DNA of 64,000 nt from an uncultured Alphaproteobacteria bacterium (GTDB taxonomy: Bacteria > Pseudomonadota > Alphaproteobacteria > HIMB59 > GCA-002718135). Of the stretch, positions 37,634-46,088 are shown piece by piece. The notes beneath the pieces are model-generated. The model ran no database searches and was not told the DNA's origin. It saw only the letters and a program-made list of their open reading frames with translations. Numbering within the stretch: the first letter of the stretch is position 1; each line of letters opens with the position of its first letter. The stretch spans positions 96,833 to 160,832 of the forward strand of contig CACKRO010000001.1 in NCBI GenBank assembly GCA_902602695.1, read 5' to 3'. Both the position numbers and the translations under genes were made by a program.

Positions 37634-38722
37634 ATGAATAATCCATCCCAAAGTTTCGTAAAATTTGAAAAGATTGATAAAAGTTATGATGGAGAAGTAC
37701 TGGTAGTAAAAAATTTAAACTTGGATATTGCTAAAGGTGAATTTGTAACAATGTTGGGTCCATCAGGATCAGGTAAAACAACAACTTTGATGATGCTAGC
37801 TGGATTTGAAACACCTACAAATGGCGAAATATTTTTAGATACTAAACCAATAAGTAAAATACCTCCTTATGAACGAGAAATTGGAATGGTATTTCAAAAC
37901 TATGCTCTATTTCCTCACATGACAGTTGAAGAAAATTTATCCTTTCCTTTGGAAGTGAGAAAAATACCAAAACCCGAGACAAAAGAAAAAGTACAGAAGG
38001 CACTTGATATGGTTGAGCTTGGTAATTTTGGTACCAGATTTCCTGCACAATTATCTGGAGGTCAACAACAGAGAGTTGCTTTAGCTAGAGCTCTTGTCTT
38101 TGAACCACGTTTGGTGTTAATGGATGAGCCTCTAGGCGCCCTTGATAAAAATTTACGTGAACAAATGCAATATGAAATAAAACATATTCACGACAGAATA
38201 GGAATTACAGTAGTATATGTTACACATGATCAAAGTGAAGCGCTAACAATGTCAAATAGAATAGCTGTTTTTAATGATGGAGTTGTTCAACAATTATCGA
38301 CTCCAGATATTTTATATGAAAAACCTGAAAATTCATTTGTTGCCAAATTTATTGGAGAAAATAATACTCTTAATGGAGTGGTAGCAGATGTTAATGGAGA
38401 TACATGTACAGTCGAACTTGATAATGGATTTGGAAAAGTAAAAGCATTAAAAGTAAACGTAAATGATAAAGGTGACAAAACTCAACTTTCAATAAGACCA
38501 GAAAGAGTTACTATTGACAGTACAAATCCAGAATCAAATAATTTTGAAGGTAAGATTCAAGAACTAATATATTTAGGTGATCATATAAGAGCAAGATTAA
38601 ACGTTTGCGGAAATGATGAATTTATTGTGAAAGTTCCAAACGAAGGAAGTTTTAGTCATAAAGAGGGAGACTTATTAAATTTAAGCTGGAATCCTGATGA
38701 TGTTAGGGCTCTCGACATTTAG
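37634..38722 (+). CDS. ABC transporter ATP-binding protein (PotA-like)
   Basis: ATG at 37634 gives MNNPSQSFVKFEKIDKSY. Walker A GPSGSGKTT, signature LSGGQQQRVALARAL, Walker B LVLMDEPLGALD, C-terminal TOBE-like domain. The track TTG start at 37583 overlaps the EamA gene and is rejected. Confidence 0.88.
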   Translation: MNNPSQSFVKFEKIDKSYDGEVLVVKNLNLDIAKGEFVTMLGPSGSGKTTTLMMLAGFETPTNGEIFLDTKPISKIPPYEREIGMVFQNYALFPHMTVEENLSFPLEVRKIPKPETKEKVQKALDMVELGNFGTRFPAQLSGGQQQRVALARALVFEPRLVLMDEPLGALDKNLREQMQYEIKHIHDRIGITVVYVTHDQSEALTMSNRIAVFNDGVVQQLSTPDILYEKPENSFVAKFIGENNTLNGVVADVNGDTCTVELDNGFGKVKALKVNVNDKGDKTQLSIRPERVTIDSTNPESNNFEGKIQELIYLGDHIRARLNVCGNDEFIVKVPNEGSFSHKEGDLLNLSWNPDDVRALDI

Positions 38723-38852
38723 ATTTAAAAATATCCATATAATTAGCCACTTTTTTTTATTTTTAAGCCTTTTTTTTAATTAAGCTACATGTTATTACTA
38801 AGTCATTACGGACATAATCTTAAGATTAATTAATTAAAATAGGAGGATATAT

Positions 38853-39956
38853 ATGTCTAAATTTACAAAAGCCTTCTTATTCGCATCTATCATTTTTGCG
38901 CCTTTTGCAGCTAATGCTGTAACTGTTGCTTCATGGGGTGGTGCTTATACAGAAAGTCAAAAAAAAGCATATGCTGATACATATTCTGACCCAGGTTCAA
39001 TCGTTTTTGAAAACTATAACGGTGGTTTGGGTGAAACAAGAGCGCAAGTTGAAAGTGGAAACGTAACTTGGGACTTAGTTGATGTATTACCAGCTGATGC
39101 TATTACTGGTTGTGATGAAGGATTATTTGAAGATATTTCAAGTGAAATTGCATCAATGGGTGTACCAGGACCTGACGGAGAATCAATTGCCGAAGATATG
39201 GAAGCTAATGGTCTTAACTACCACTCTGGTTGGGATTGTTGTGTACCACAAATTTTTTGGACTTACGTAGTATTCTATGACCCAGATGCTTTCCCAGGAG
39301 AAAAACCTGATAGTATGGCTGACTTCTTTGACGTGGAAAAATTCCCAGGAAAAAGAGGTATCCACACTTGGGCTGATGGAATAATTCAAAAAGCTCTAGT
39401 TGCAGATGGAGTTGCTCCAAATGCAGTACCTACAGTTTTTGCAAATCAAACAGGTGCAATTGACAGAGCATTTGAAGTAATGGATAAAATTAAAGATCAT
39501 GTTGTATTCTGGTCTGCAGGTTCACAACCTCTTGAGTTAGTTAAAAGTGGTGAAGTTGTAATGGCTGTTGCTTATAATGGTCGTGTTGGTGCAGCTAACC
39601 TTGCTGAAGGAGAAAACTTTGAATATATTTGGGAAGGACAAGTTCTAGACCAAGAATATTTATGTTTAACAACTGGAGCTCCTAATAGAGAAGCAGCTCT
39701 TGATTTTATGATGCATGCATCTAGCCCTGCTTCGCAAGCTGAACAGGCAAAATATATTACTTACGGACCAATGAGAGCTTCTGGTATTCCTATCATTGAA
39801 GCAAATGAGCCTTGGGGTCCTGGAGGAGTAGATATTATGCCTCATATGCCTAACACTCCTGAGCGTCTAAAAGTCTCTATCGTTAATGATCCACAGTGGT
39901 GGTCAGATAATGGTGCAGAAATTAGCGAGCGTTATTCAGCGTGGATGGGTAACTAA
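38853..39956 (+). CDS. ABC transporter periplasmic substrate-binding protein (PotD/PotF-like family)
   Basis: 367 aa. Signal peptide MSKFTKAFLFASIIFAPFAANA. VASWGGAYTESQ pattern of the polyamine/opine-type SBP family. AGGAGG RBS. Distinct, less AT-rich codon usage. Confidence 0.82.
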   Translation: MSKFTKAFLFASIIFAPFAANAVTVASWGGAYTESQKKAYADTYSDPGSIVFENYNGGLGETRAQVESGNVTWDLVDVLPADAITGCDEGLFEDISSEIASMGVPGPDGESIAEDMEANGLNYHSGWDCCVPQIFWTYVVFYDPDAFPGEKPDSMADFFDVEKFPGKRGIHTWADGIIQKALVADGVAPNAVPTVFANQTGAIDRAFEVMDKIKDHVVFWSAGSQPLELVKSGEVVMAVAYNGRVGAANLAEGENFEYIWEGQVLDQEYLCLTTGAPNREAALDFMMHASSPASQAEQAKYITYGPMRASGIPIIEANEPWGPGGVDIMPHMPNTPERLKVSIVNDPQWWSDNGAEISERYSAWMGN

Positions 39957-39987
39957 GCTTGATAATTTAAATTTACTATTTTAATAT

Positions 39988-40020
39988 AAAGGCGAGAATT
40001 TCTCGCCTTTATTTATTTTA
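39988..40020 (+). terminator. intrinsic terminator/attenuator hairpin between the SBP and permease genes
   Basis: AAAGGCGAGA-ATT-TCTCGCCTTT (10-bp stem, 39988-40010) followed by ATTTATTTT. It is the only GC-rich hairpin of this kind I found in an intergenic region of the window. Confidence 0.7.
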
Positions 40021-40030
40021 GGAGGATTGT

Positions 40031-41296
40031 ATTTCTACTTCAGCATTACTTACAACGGACGGAATTCCTTTAAAGCAAAGTTTAAAAAAAGCTGAGCGTA
40101 AAAATAAAATAAGGGCATTTTTATTAGTTTTTCCTCTATTACTTTTTATAATCGTTACATTTGTTATGCCAATTGGTGATATGCTTTTTAGAAGTGTAGA
40201 TGACAGTCAAATCAATGGTGTATTTCCAAATACTTTTAACGAATATAAAAAATGGGATAAAGAAAAAGACGAGCTGCCACCAGAAGAAGTTTATAAAGCT
40301 CTTTTTGAAGAACTTGCTTATGGTGAGAAAATACAAATTGGAAGAGCGTTAACTCGCATGAACTATTCAAAATCAGGTTGGAAAAGTCTGATTAAGACAA
40401 CTTCTAGAGAAATTAAAAAAGCTGTAAAAAAAGATGAACTTCCAAATAATTATAAAGAATTTTTGATTACCGCTAATGAAAAATGGGCCGACCCAACTTT
40501 TTGGTATGCAATGGGGCAGATGGTTAATGATGCTACACCTATTTATTATTGGAACGCTCTTGATAGAACTTATGACCAAGATCAAAATGTTGTCATGCAA
40601 GATGAAAAAAGACGAATTTATATAAAAACTTGGATAAAGACCTTAAAAATAAGCGTTTATGTTACAATTTTTTGTTTAATTCTTGGTTTCCCCGTAGCTC
40701 ATCTTCTTGCAAATTTACCATTAAGATACAGTAATCTTCTAATGATTTTTGTTTTACTTCCATTTTGGACATCACTTTTAGTGCGAACTACTGCTTGGAT
40801 TGTTATGCTTCAACAAAATGGAGTAATAAATGGAATATTGGTATGGTTAGGTATTTTGAGTGATGATGGTCGATTACAATTGGTTTATAATGAAACAGGC
40901 ACTTTAATTGCCATGACGCAAATATTGTTACCATTTATGATACTTCCTTTGTATAGTGTGATGAGAGTTATACCTAAAAGTCATATGAGAGCAGCACAAA
41001 ACTTAGGGGCTAAACCTGCCACTGCTTTCTGGAAAGTATATCTACCGCAAACTATTCCTGGCATGAGTGCAGGTGGATTATTAGTTTTTGTATTAGCAAT
41101 TGGATATTTTATTACTCCTGAATTAGTAGGTGGTAAAGATGGAAAATTAATTGGTCATTGGATTGCTTATCATCTTAAAACAACTTTAAACTGGGGTTTA
41201 TGCGCTGCTTTAGGCGCAATTCTTCTTGGCGTAATGCTAATATTTTATTGGCTTTATAATAAAATAGTTGGCATAGACAATATTAAGTTAGGATAA
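40031..41296 (+). CDS. ABC transporter permease (PotB-like) with a long periplasmic insert; probable non-canonical ATT start
   Basis: Frame is open from 40022. The first TM helix (KIRAFLLVFPLLLFIIVTFVMPIG) is encoded upstream of the first ATG (40166). GGAGGA at 40021-40026, then ATT at 40031. EAA-type loop AAQNLGAKPATAFWKVYLPQ. Confidence 0.7.
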   Translation: MSTSALLTTDGIPLKQSLKKAERKNKIRAFLLVFPLLLFIIVTFVMPIGDMLFRSVDDSQINGVFPNTFNEYKKWDKEKDELPPEEVYKALFEELAYGEKIQIGRALTRMNYSKSGWKSLIKTTSREIKKAVKKDELPNNYKEFLITANEKWADPTFWYAMGQMVNDATPIYYWNALDRTYDQDQNVVMQDEKRRIYIKTWIKTLKISVYVTIFCLILGFPVAHLLANLPLRYSNLLMIFVLLPFWTSLLVRTTAWIVMLQQNGVINGILVWLGILSDDGRLQLVYNETGTLIAMTQILLPFMILPLYSVMRVIPKSHMRAAQNLGAKPATAFWKVYLPQTIPGMSAGGLLVFVLAIGYFITPELVGGKDGKLIGHWIAYHLKTTLNWGLCAALGAILLGVMLIFYWLYNKIVGIDNIKLG

Positions 41297-41299
41297 TTT

Positions 41300-42196
41300 A
41301 TGGCACTACCAAGTTACGCAACTCCAGTACAAAGAACTTACTACTACGCCTATTTATTTTTTTGCGCAGTAGTTTTCTTTTTTTTAATTGCACCTTTATT
41401 TGCTATTATTCCAATATCTTTTAGCGTTTCACCGTTTATGGTTTTTACAGAAGGAATGCTTGCATGGCCTCCTGATCCAGAAGCGTGGTCTTTAAGATGG
41501 TACAAAAACATGATAGGCGATTGTAGTGCTGATGTTGTTTCTTCTACAGTTCCTTGTTCAACAAAATGGATGAAAGGTACAGTAAATAGTTTTTACATTG
41601 GTACTATAGCAACTGTTATTGCAACTGCTTTAGGTACTTTAGCAGCTTTAGGTTTGAGCAGACCTCATATGCCATACAAAGGATTAATAATGGCAATCTT
41701 AATCTCACCTATGATTGTTCCATTAATTATCACAGCTGCAGGCATGTTTTTCTTTTATGCTAGAATAAACCTAGTTTATACATTTACAGGAGTAATATTG
41801 GCTCATGTAGCTCTTGCAACACCATTTGTTGTAATAACTGTAACTGCTACATTAGTTGGTTTTGATATGAACATGGTAAAAGCAGCACAAAGTCTTGGTG
41901 CAAAACCAATTAGAACATTTTTCAAAGTTATTATGCCATTAATTTTGCCAGGTATTATATCTGGAGCTTTGTTTGCTTTTATAACTTCTTTTGATGAAGT
42001 AGTTGTAGTTATGTTTATGGCAAGTATTGATCAATTAACAATACCTAAACAAATGTGGGCTGGAATACGTCAAGAAATAAGTCCCGTTATATTATGCATG
42101 GCAACATGCTTAGTTTTACTCTCAATCTTTTTATTAACTACAGTTGAGCTACTTAGAAGAAGGTCTGAAAAACTCAGAGGTATTAAAGCTCGATAG
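41300..42196 (+). CDS. ABC transporter permease (PotC-like)
   Basis: 298 aa, 6 TM. EAA loop AAQSLGAKPIRTFFKVIMPL. Confidence 0.85.
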   Translation: MALPSYATPVQRTYYYAYLFFCAVVFFFLIAPLFAIIPISFSVSPFMVFTEGMLAWPPDPEAWSLRWYKNMIGDCSADVVSSTVPCSTKWMKGTVNSFYIGTIATVIATALGTLAALGLSRPHMPYKGLIMAILISPMIVPLIITAAGMFFFYARINLVYTFTGVILAHVALATPFVVITVTATLVGFDMNMVKAAQSLGAKPIRTFFKVIMPLILPGIISGALFAFITSFDEVVVVMFMASIDQLTIPKQMWAGIRQEISPVILCMATCLVLLSIFLLTTVELLRRRSEKLRGIKAR

Positions 42197-42200
42197 AATA

Positions 42201-43430
42201 GTGAAGAACATTGCTGTTATTGGTGCTGGAATAGTAGGTATCTGTAGTGCTTATTTTCTGAAAAAATCTGGCTTTAATGTAACTCTTATAGATAGAGAAG
42301 ATCCGGGTACAATGACCAGTTTTGGTCATGCATGTAGTTTTGCTGACTATGCAAATGTTCCAGTAAATTACCCTGGATTAATATGGGACATACCTAAAAT
42401 GCTATTGAGAAAAGATGGTCCTTTAGCTGTTGATTTTTTTTATATTCTTAAAAATTTACCTTGGGCCTTAAGTTTTCTCAAAAATTGCAAAAAAGAAAAA
42501 GTTGATGAGATTGCTAGTTCACTTACAAATCTATTAAAGCATTCACAACTATCTTATGATGAAATTTTCAAAGATATAGATGTGCAGGAGTATATAAGTA
42601 ATGAAGAAAATTTATATTTATTTGACACTAAAAAATCTTTTGAAGATTATGAATACGCAAATGTAATTAGAAAAAACAATAGAGTTAAAGTAAGAAACTT
42701 AAATAAAAATGAGGTTAAAGAATTAGAACCAAACATTGCTGATGTTTATTATGCGGGTCAAGTGTTTACTGGATCAAGACACACAACAAATCCTTTAGCT
42801 ATTAGCACAAAAATTTTCGAAAAATTTTTAGAAATAGGTGGTATTTATATAAAGCAAAATGTTAAAAATATATTTCAAAGTGAAAACAGAATAGAATTAT
42901 TTTTAGAAGATAAAAAAATATACTTTGATAAAGTAATTATAAGTGCTGGTGCTTGGTCGAATCAAATTGCAAATATGCTTGGTGACAAATTTCCACTTGA
43001 TACCGAAAGAGGATATCATATTTTATTTGAAACAAATGAAAAATTGATTAATCGACCGGTTGCTTGGTCTGAATCTGGATTTTATTTAATACAAATTCAT
43101 AATGGTATCAGAGCCGCAGGAACTGTTGAAATTGCAGGATTAACAAAACCTTCAAATACGAAACGTCTTAAAATGATAGAAAGACAATCAAGAAAAGTTT
43201 TACCTCAACTAGGAGATATTAAATCAACATGGATGGGTAGAAGACCAACTTTACCTGACTCACTTCCAATTATTGGAAAATCTAAACAGAGTAATAATGT
43301 TATTTATGCCTTTGGACATCAACATGTTGGCTGGACCTTAGGAGCTGTAACAGGAAAAATTATTGATAGTTTATCAAAGGATCAAGTGCCAAATATTGAT
43401 ATTACTGCTTATTCTCCATCAAGATTCTAG
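42201..43430 (+). CDS. FAD-dependent oxidoreductase (DadA/PuuB-like amine or D-amino-acid oxidoreductase)
   Basis: GTG at 42201, 4 nt after the permease stop, gives VKNIAVIGAGIVGICSAYFLKKSGFNVTLIDRE (DAO-family dinucleotide fold). The track start at 42144 overlaps the permease by 53 nt. Confidence 0.78.
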   Translation: MKNIAVIGAGIVGICSAYFLKKSGFNVTLIDREDPGTMTSFGHACSFADYANVPVNYPGLIWDIPKMLLRKDGPLAVDFFYILKNLPWALSFLKNCKKEKVDEIASSLTNLLKHSQLSYDEIFKDIDVQEYISNEENLYLFDTKKSFEDYEYANVIRKNNRVKVRNLNKNEVKELEPNIADVYYAGQVFTGSRHTTNPLAISTKIFEKFLEIGGIYIKQNVKNIFQSENRIELFLEDKKIYFDKVIISAGAWSNQIANMLGDKFPLDTERGYHILFETNEKLINRPVAWSESGFYLIQIHNGIRAAGTVEIAGLTKPSNTKRLKMIERQSRKVLPQLGDIKSTWMGRRPTLPDSLPIIGKSKQSNNVIYAFGHQHVGWTLGAVTGKIIDSLSKDQVPNIDITAYSPSRF

Positions 43431-43439
43431 TTTAATCTA

Positions 43440-43469
43440 TTGCAACCATTGTAGTAATAGTGATATTAT
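43440..43469 (+). promoter_or_regulatory. candidate promoter of the LLM-monooxygenase cassette
   Basis: TTGCAA (43440-43445), 18-nt spacer, TATTAT (43464-43469). Leaves a leader of roughly 75 nt before the ATG at 43548. Confidence 0.3.
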
Positions 43470-43547
43470 ATCAACAACGATACATAACTCAGCGTATAAT
43501 CATTACGAAAGTGGGATCGGTCGTAACTTAATATAAATTTTATTAAA

Positions 43548-44714
43548 ATGAAATTTGGATATTTTTGTAATACGACTAATTGGAAACATAAACCATTTAA
43601 TCAATTATTAGAAGAAGCAAGAGAAATATCAGCTTTTTGTGATGAAAATAATTGGGAATCAATTTGGTTTACAGAGCATCATTTCAATCATGAAGGCATG
43701 GAGTCTTGTACTAATCCTCTGATGATGGGAACAGATGTTGCCGCAAGAACAAAAAAAATAAAAATTGGACAAGCATGTAATGTAATAACTTTTCATAATC
43801 CTATCCGTCTAGCTGAAGATATAGCTTTTTTAGACCAATTATCTGAAGGCAGAGTAGAGGTTGGAATTGGAAGAGGTGTATACGGAAGAGAAGCAATAAA
43901 TATGAATAAAGAGGCCGATCTCAAAGATCAATCAAAAAACTTTAGACTATTTGAAGAGACATTAAGCATAATGAAAAAAGCTTGGACAGAAAAATTCTTT
44001 AATCACAAAGGAGAGTTTTACACTTATCCTGCACCAAACTTTAAATGGCAACATGATATGAGTCCGCCAAGTGAAGAGTTCTTGGACATAGATACTAATG
44101 AAGTAAAAAAAATTAGCATTGTCCCAAAACCATTTCAAAAACCTCATCCAGCAATCTGGCAAGTTGTTGATAGCCCCTCATCAATAGAGTGGGCAGCCGT
44201 AAATGGAATAAATACTATAATGTGGATACCTACAGTTAAAGCACTCAAGAAAAGATTTCTACTCTACAAGGAAGCAAAATCAAAAGCTGAAAACCGAGAA
44301 GTTCCTCTTGGAGAAGGCATCTGTCTTGTTAGAGATATGTTTATAGCTGATACAATGAAGGAAGCTGAAAAACTCGCTGGAGAACATATAGTAAATTATA
44401 TGCGTTGGGTTTGTCACTGGCGGGGTTTAGGCAATCATATGGACCCAGGTGAAATACTTCCAGAAACTGATCATAAATTAGATTTATTAAATTATGATTT
44501 TTTACATAAAAGAAATTTACTTTTTGGAACACCGGAATACGTTGTTAATAAAATTAATGAATTAAAATCAGAATTAAATCTACAAAATTTACAAGTTTGG
44601 TCAAACTTTCCAGGAATTGATCATGAAGCATGTATGAGAAGTATAAAATTATTTACAAATGAAGTAATGCCAAAAATTAAACTTGATGAATCAAATATTC
44701 AAATTGCCAGTTAA
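43548..44714 (+). CDS. LLM-class (luciferase-like) flavin-dependent monooxygenase
   Basis: 388 aa. N-terminal FGYF...WESIWFTEHHF and LSEGRVEVGIGRG motifs are typical of bacterial luciferase-like monooxygenases. Confidence 0.78.
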   Translation: MKFGYFCNTTNWKHKPFNQLLEEAREISAFCDENNWESIWFTEHHFNHEGMESCTNPLMMGTDVAARTKKIKIGQACNVITFHNPIRLAEDIAFLDQLSEGRVEVGIGRGVYGREAINMNKEADLKDQSKNFRLFEETLSIMKKAWTEKFFNHKGEFYTYPAPNFKWQHDMSPPSEEFLDIDTNEVKKISIVPKPFQKPHPAIWQVVDSPSSIEWAAVNGINTIMWIPTVKALKKRFLLYKEAKSKAENREVPLGEGICLVRDMFIADTMKEAEKLAGEHIVNYMRWVCHWRGLGNHMDPGEILPETDHKLDLLNYDFLHKRNLLFGTPEYVVNKINELKSELNLQNLQVWSNFPGIDHEACMRSIKLFTNEVMPKIKLDESNIQIAS

Positions 44715-44716
44715 TA

Positions 44717-45304
44717 ATGGAATTGAAGTTACGTAAATTTAATAAATTTGTAGATAAAACTTTCATAGAGGGAGGTAAAGAGGCAAAGGATCCAGTGCTT
44801 CTAGTTTCTGTAGCAGCAGTTTTTGAAAACCCATGGAAAGATATGGGATTTGTCGAAGATTTGAAACCTATAATTTTAGATCTTGCTCCTAAATTAGGAG
44901 CTATTCTTGTCCCAGAACTTATAAAAGAAATAGGCTCACCAGAAAAAATTTTAGCTTATGGGAAAGCAGGTATTGTAGGTTTAAATGGTGAAATTGAACA
45001 TGCTTCAGCTTTTATACATACTCTTCGGTTTGGTAACATTTTTAGAGATGCCGTAGGTGGAACTTCTTATTTAAGTTTTACTAATACTAGAGGTCCTGCT
45101 GGATCAAAAATTTCAATTCCTATGATGCACAAAACAGATGCTGGTTTAAGACCTTATTATTTAACACATGAATTTACAATTCACGATGCTCCATTTGATA
45201 ATGAAATTGTAATCGCTATTGGAGGAGCAACAACAGGTAGAGCTCATGCTAGGACTGGTGATAGATATCAAGATATGAAAGAAATGGGTATAGAGCCAAA
45301 ATAA
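44717..45304 (+). CDS. 'amino acid synthesis' family protein (PF06684/DUF1185-like), function unknown
   Basis: 195 aa. The pattern LRKF...VAAVFENPW...AYGKAGIVGLNGEIEHASAFIHT...GGATTGRAHARTGDR matches my recollection of the PF06684 family. Confidence 0.65.
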   Translation: MELKLRKFNKFVDKTFIEGGKEAKDPVLLVSVAAVFENPWKDMGFVEDLKPIILDLAPKLGAILVPELIKEIGSPEKILAYGKAGIVGLNGEIEHASAFIHTLRFGNIFRDAVGGTSYLSFTNTRGPAGSKISIPMMHKTDAGLRPYYLTHEFTIHDAPFDNEIVIAIGGATTGRAHARTGDRYQDMKEMGIEPK

Positions 45305-46087
45305 ATGTTAAAGAATTTTGATAAAAATCAAAATTATTATAAATTTTATAAAAGAAAAAATATTCCTATAGTTTTTATTCATGGTGTTGGTCTGGATCAT
45401 GAAATGTGGTTTCCTCAAATTAGATCTTTTAAAAACAATTCAATTTTAGTCTACGACTTATTAGGACATGGAAAAACACCACTAAATAAAAAAAGTGTTA
45501 ATTTTGAAGATTTTTCAAAACAATTAAATAATTTGTTAAATAATTTAAATATTAAAAAAATAAATCTTGTAGGTTTTTCATTTGGTTCTTTAGTTGCTCT
45601 AAATTTTGCAAAAAAATATCAAAAAAAAGTTAATAAATTAATTTTAATATCTACTGTTTTTAAAAGAGATAATTTGGAAAAATATAACGTCAGAGAAAGA
45701 TACAAAAAAGCAAAGAAAAATATACCAATATCTAATTTGGCTTTAAAAAGATGGTTAAGTCCTAAATTTATTAATAACAACCCAAAGATAAAAAAATATA
45801 TTTTAACTACTCTTAATAAAAAAAATAAAGATCATTTAAATTTTTTAAAATCATACAAACTATTTTCTTATTTCAAAGATAATACAAAAGAAATTAAAAA
45901 AATAAAAGTACCTTCTCTTGTTTTAACTGGTACAAAAGATCAAGGTTCTACAGTGAAAATGTCACAAAACTTATCAAAGGAACTTATTAACTCACAATTT
46001 TTTAAAATTACCAATGCTAAACACTTATGCAGTATTGAGTATTCCTCAAATGTAAATATAATTACTAAAAAATTTCTAAATACTTAA
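45305..46087 (+). CDS. alpha/beta-fold hydrolase
   Basis: 260 aa. HG oxyanion motif FIHGVG, nucleophile elbow GFSFGS, C-terminal NAKHL (His). Confidence 0.8.
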   Translation: MLKNFDKNQNYYKFYKRKNIPIVFIHGVGLDHEMWFPQIRSFKNNSILVYDLLGHGKTPLNKKSVNFEDFSKQLNNLLNNLNIKKINLVGFSFGSLVALNFAKKYQKKVNKLILISTVFKRDNLEKYNVRERYKKAKKNIPISNLALKRWLSPKFINNNPKIKKYILTTLNKKNKDHLNFLKSYKLFSYFKDNTKEIKKIKVPSLVLTGTKDQGSTVKMSQNLSKELINSQFFKITNAKHLCSIEYSSNVNIITKKFLNT

Positions 46088-46088
46088 T

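Noticed and set aside
39079-39420. Three alternative-frame or antisense ORFs of 63-68 aa within the SBP gene
   Set aside because: They are a by-product of the locally lower AT content, which gives fewer stop codons. They have no motif and are fully nested in a gene with a clear signal peptide and SBP fold.
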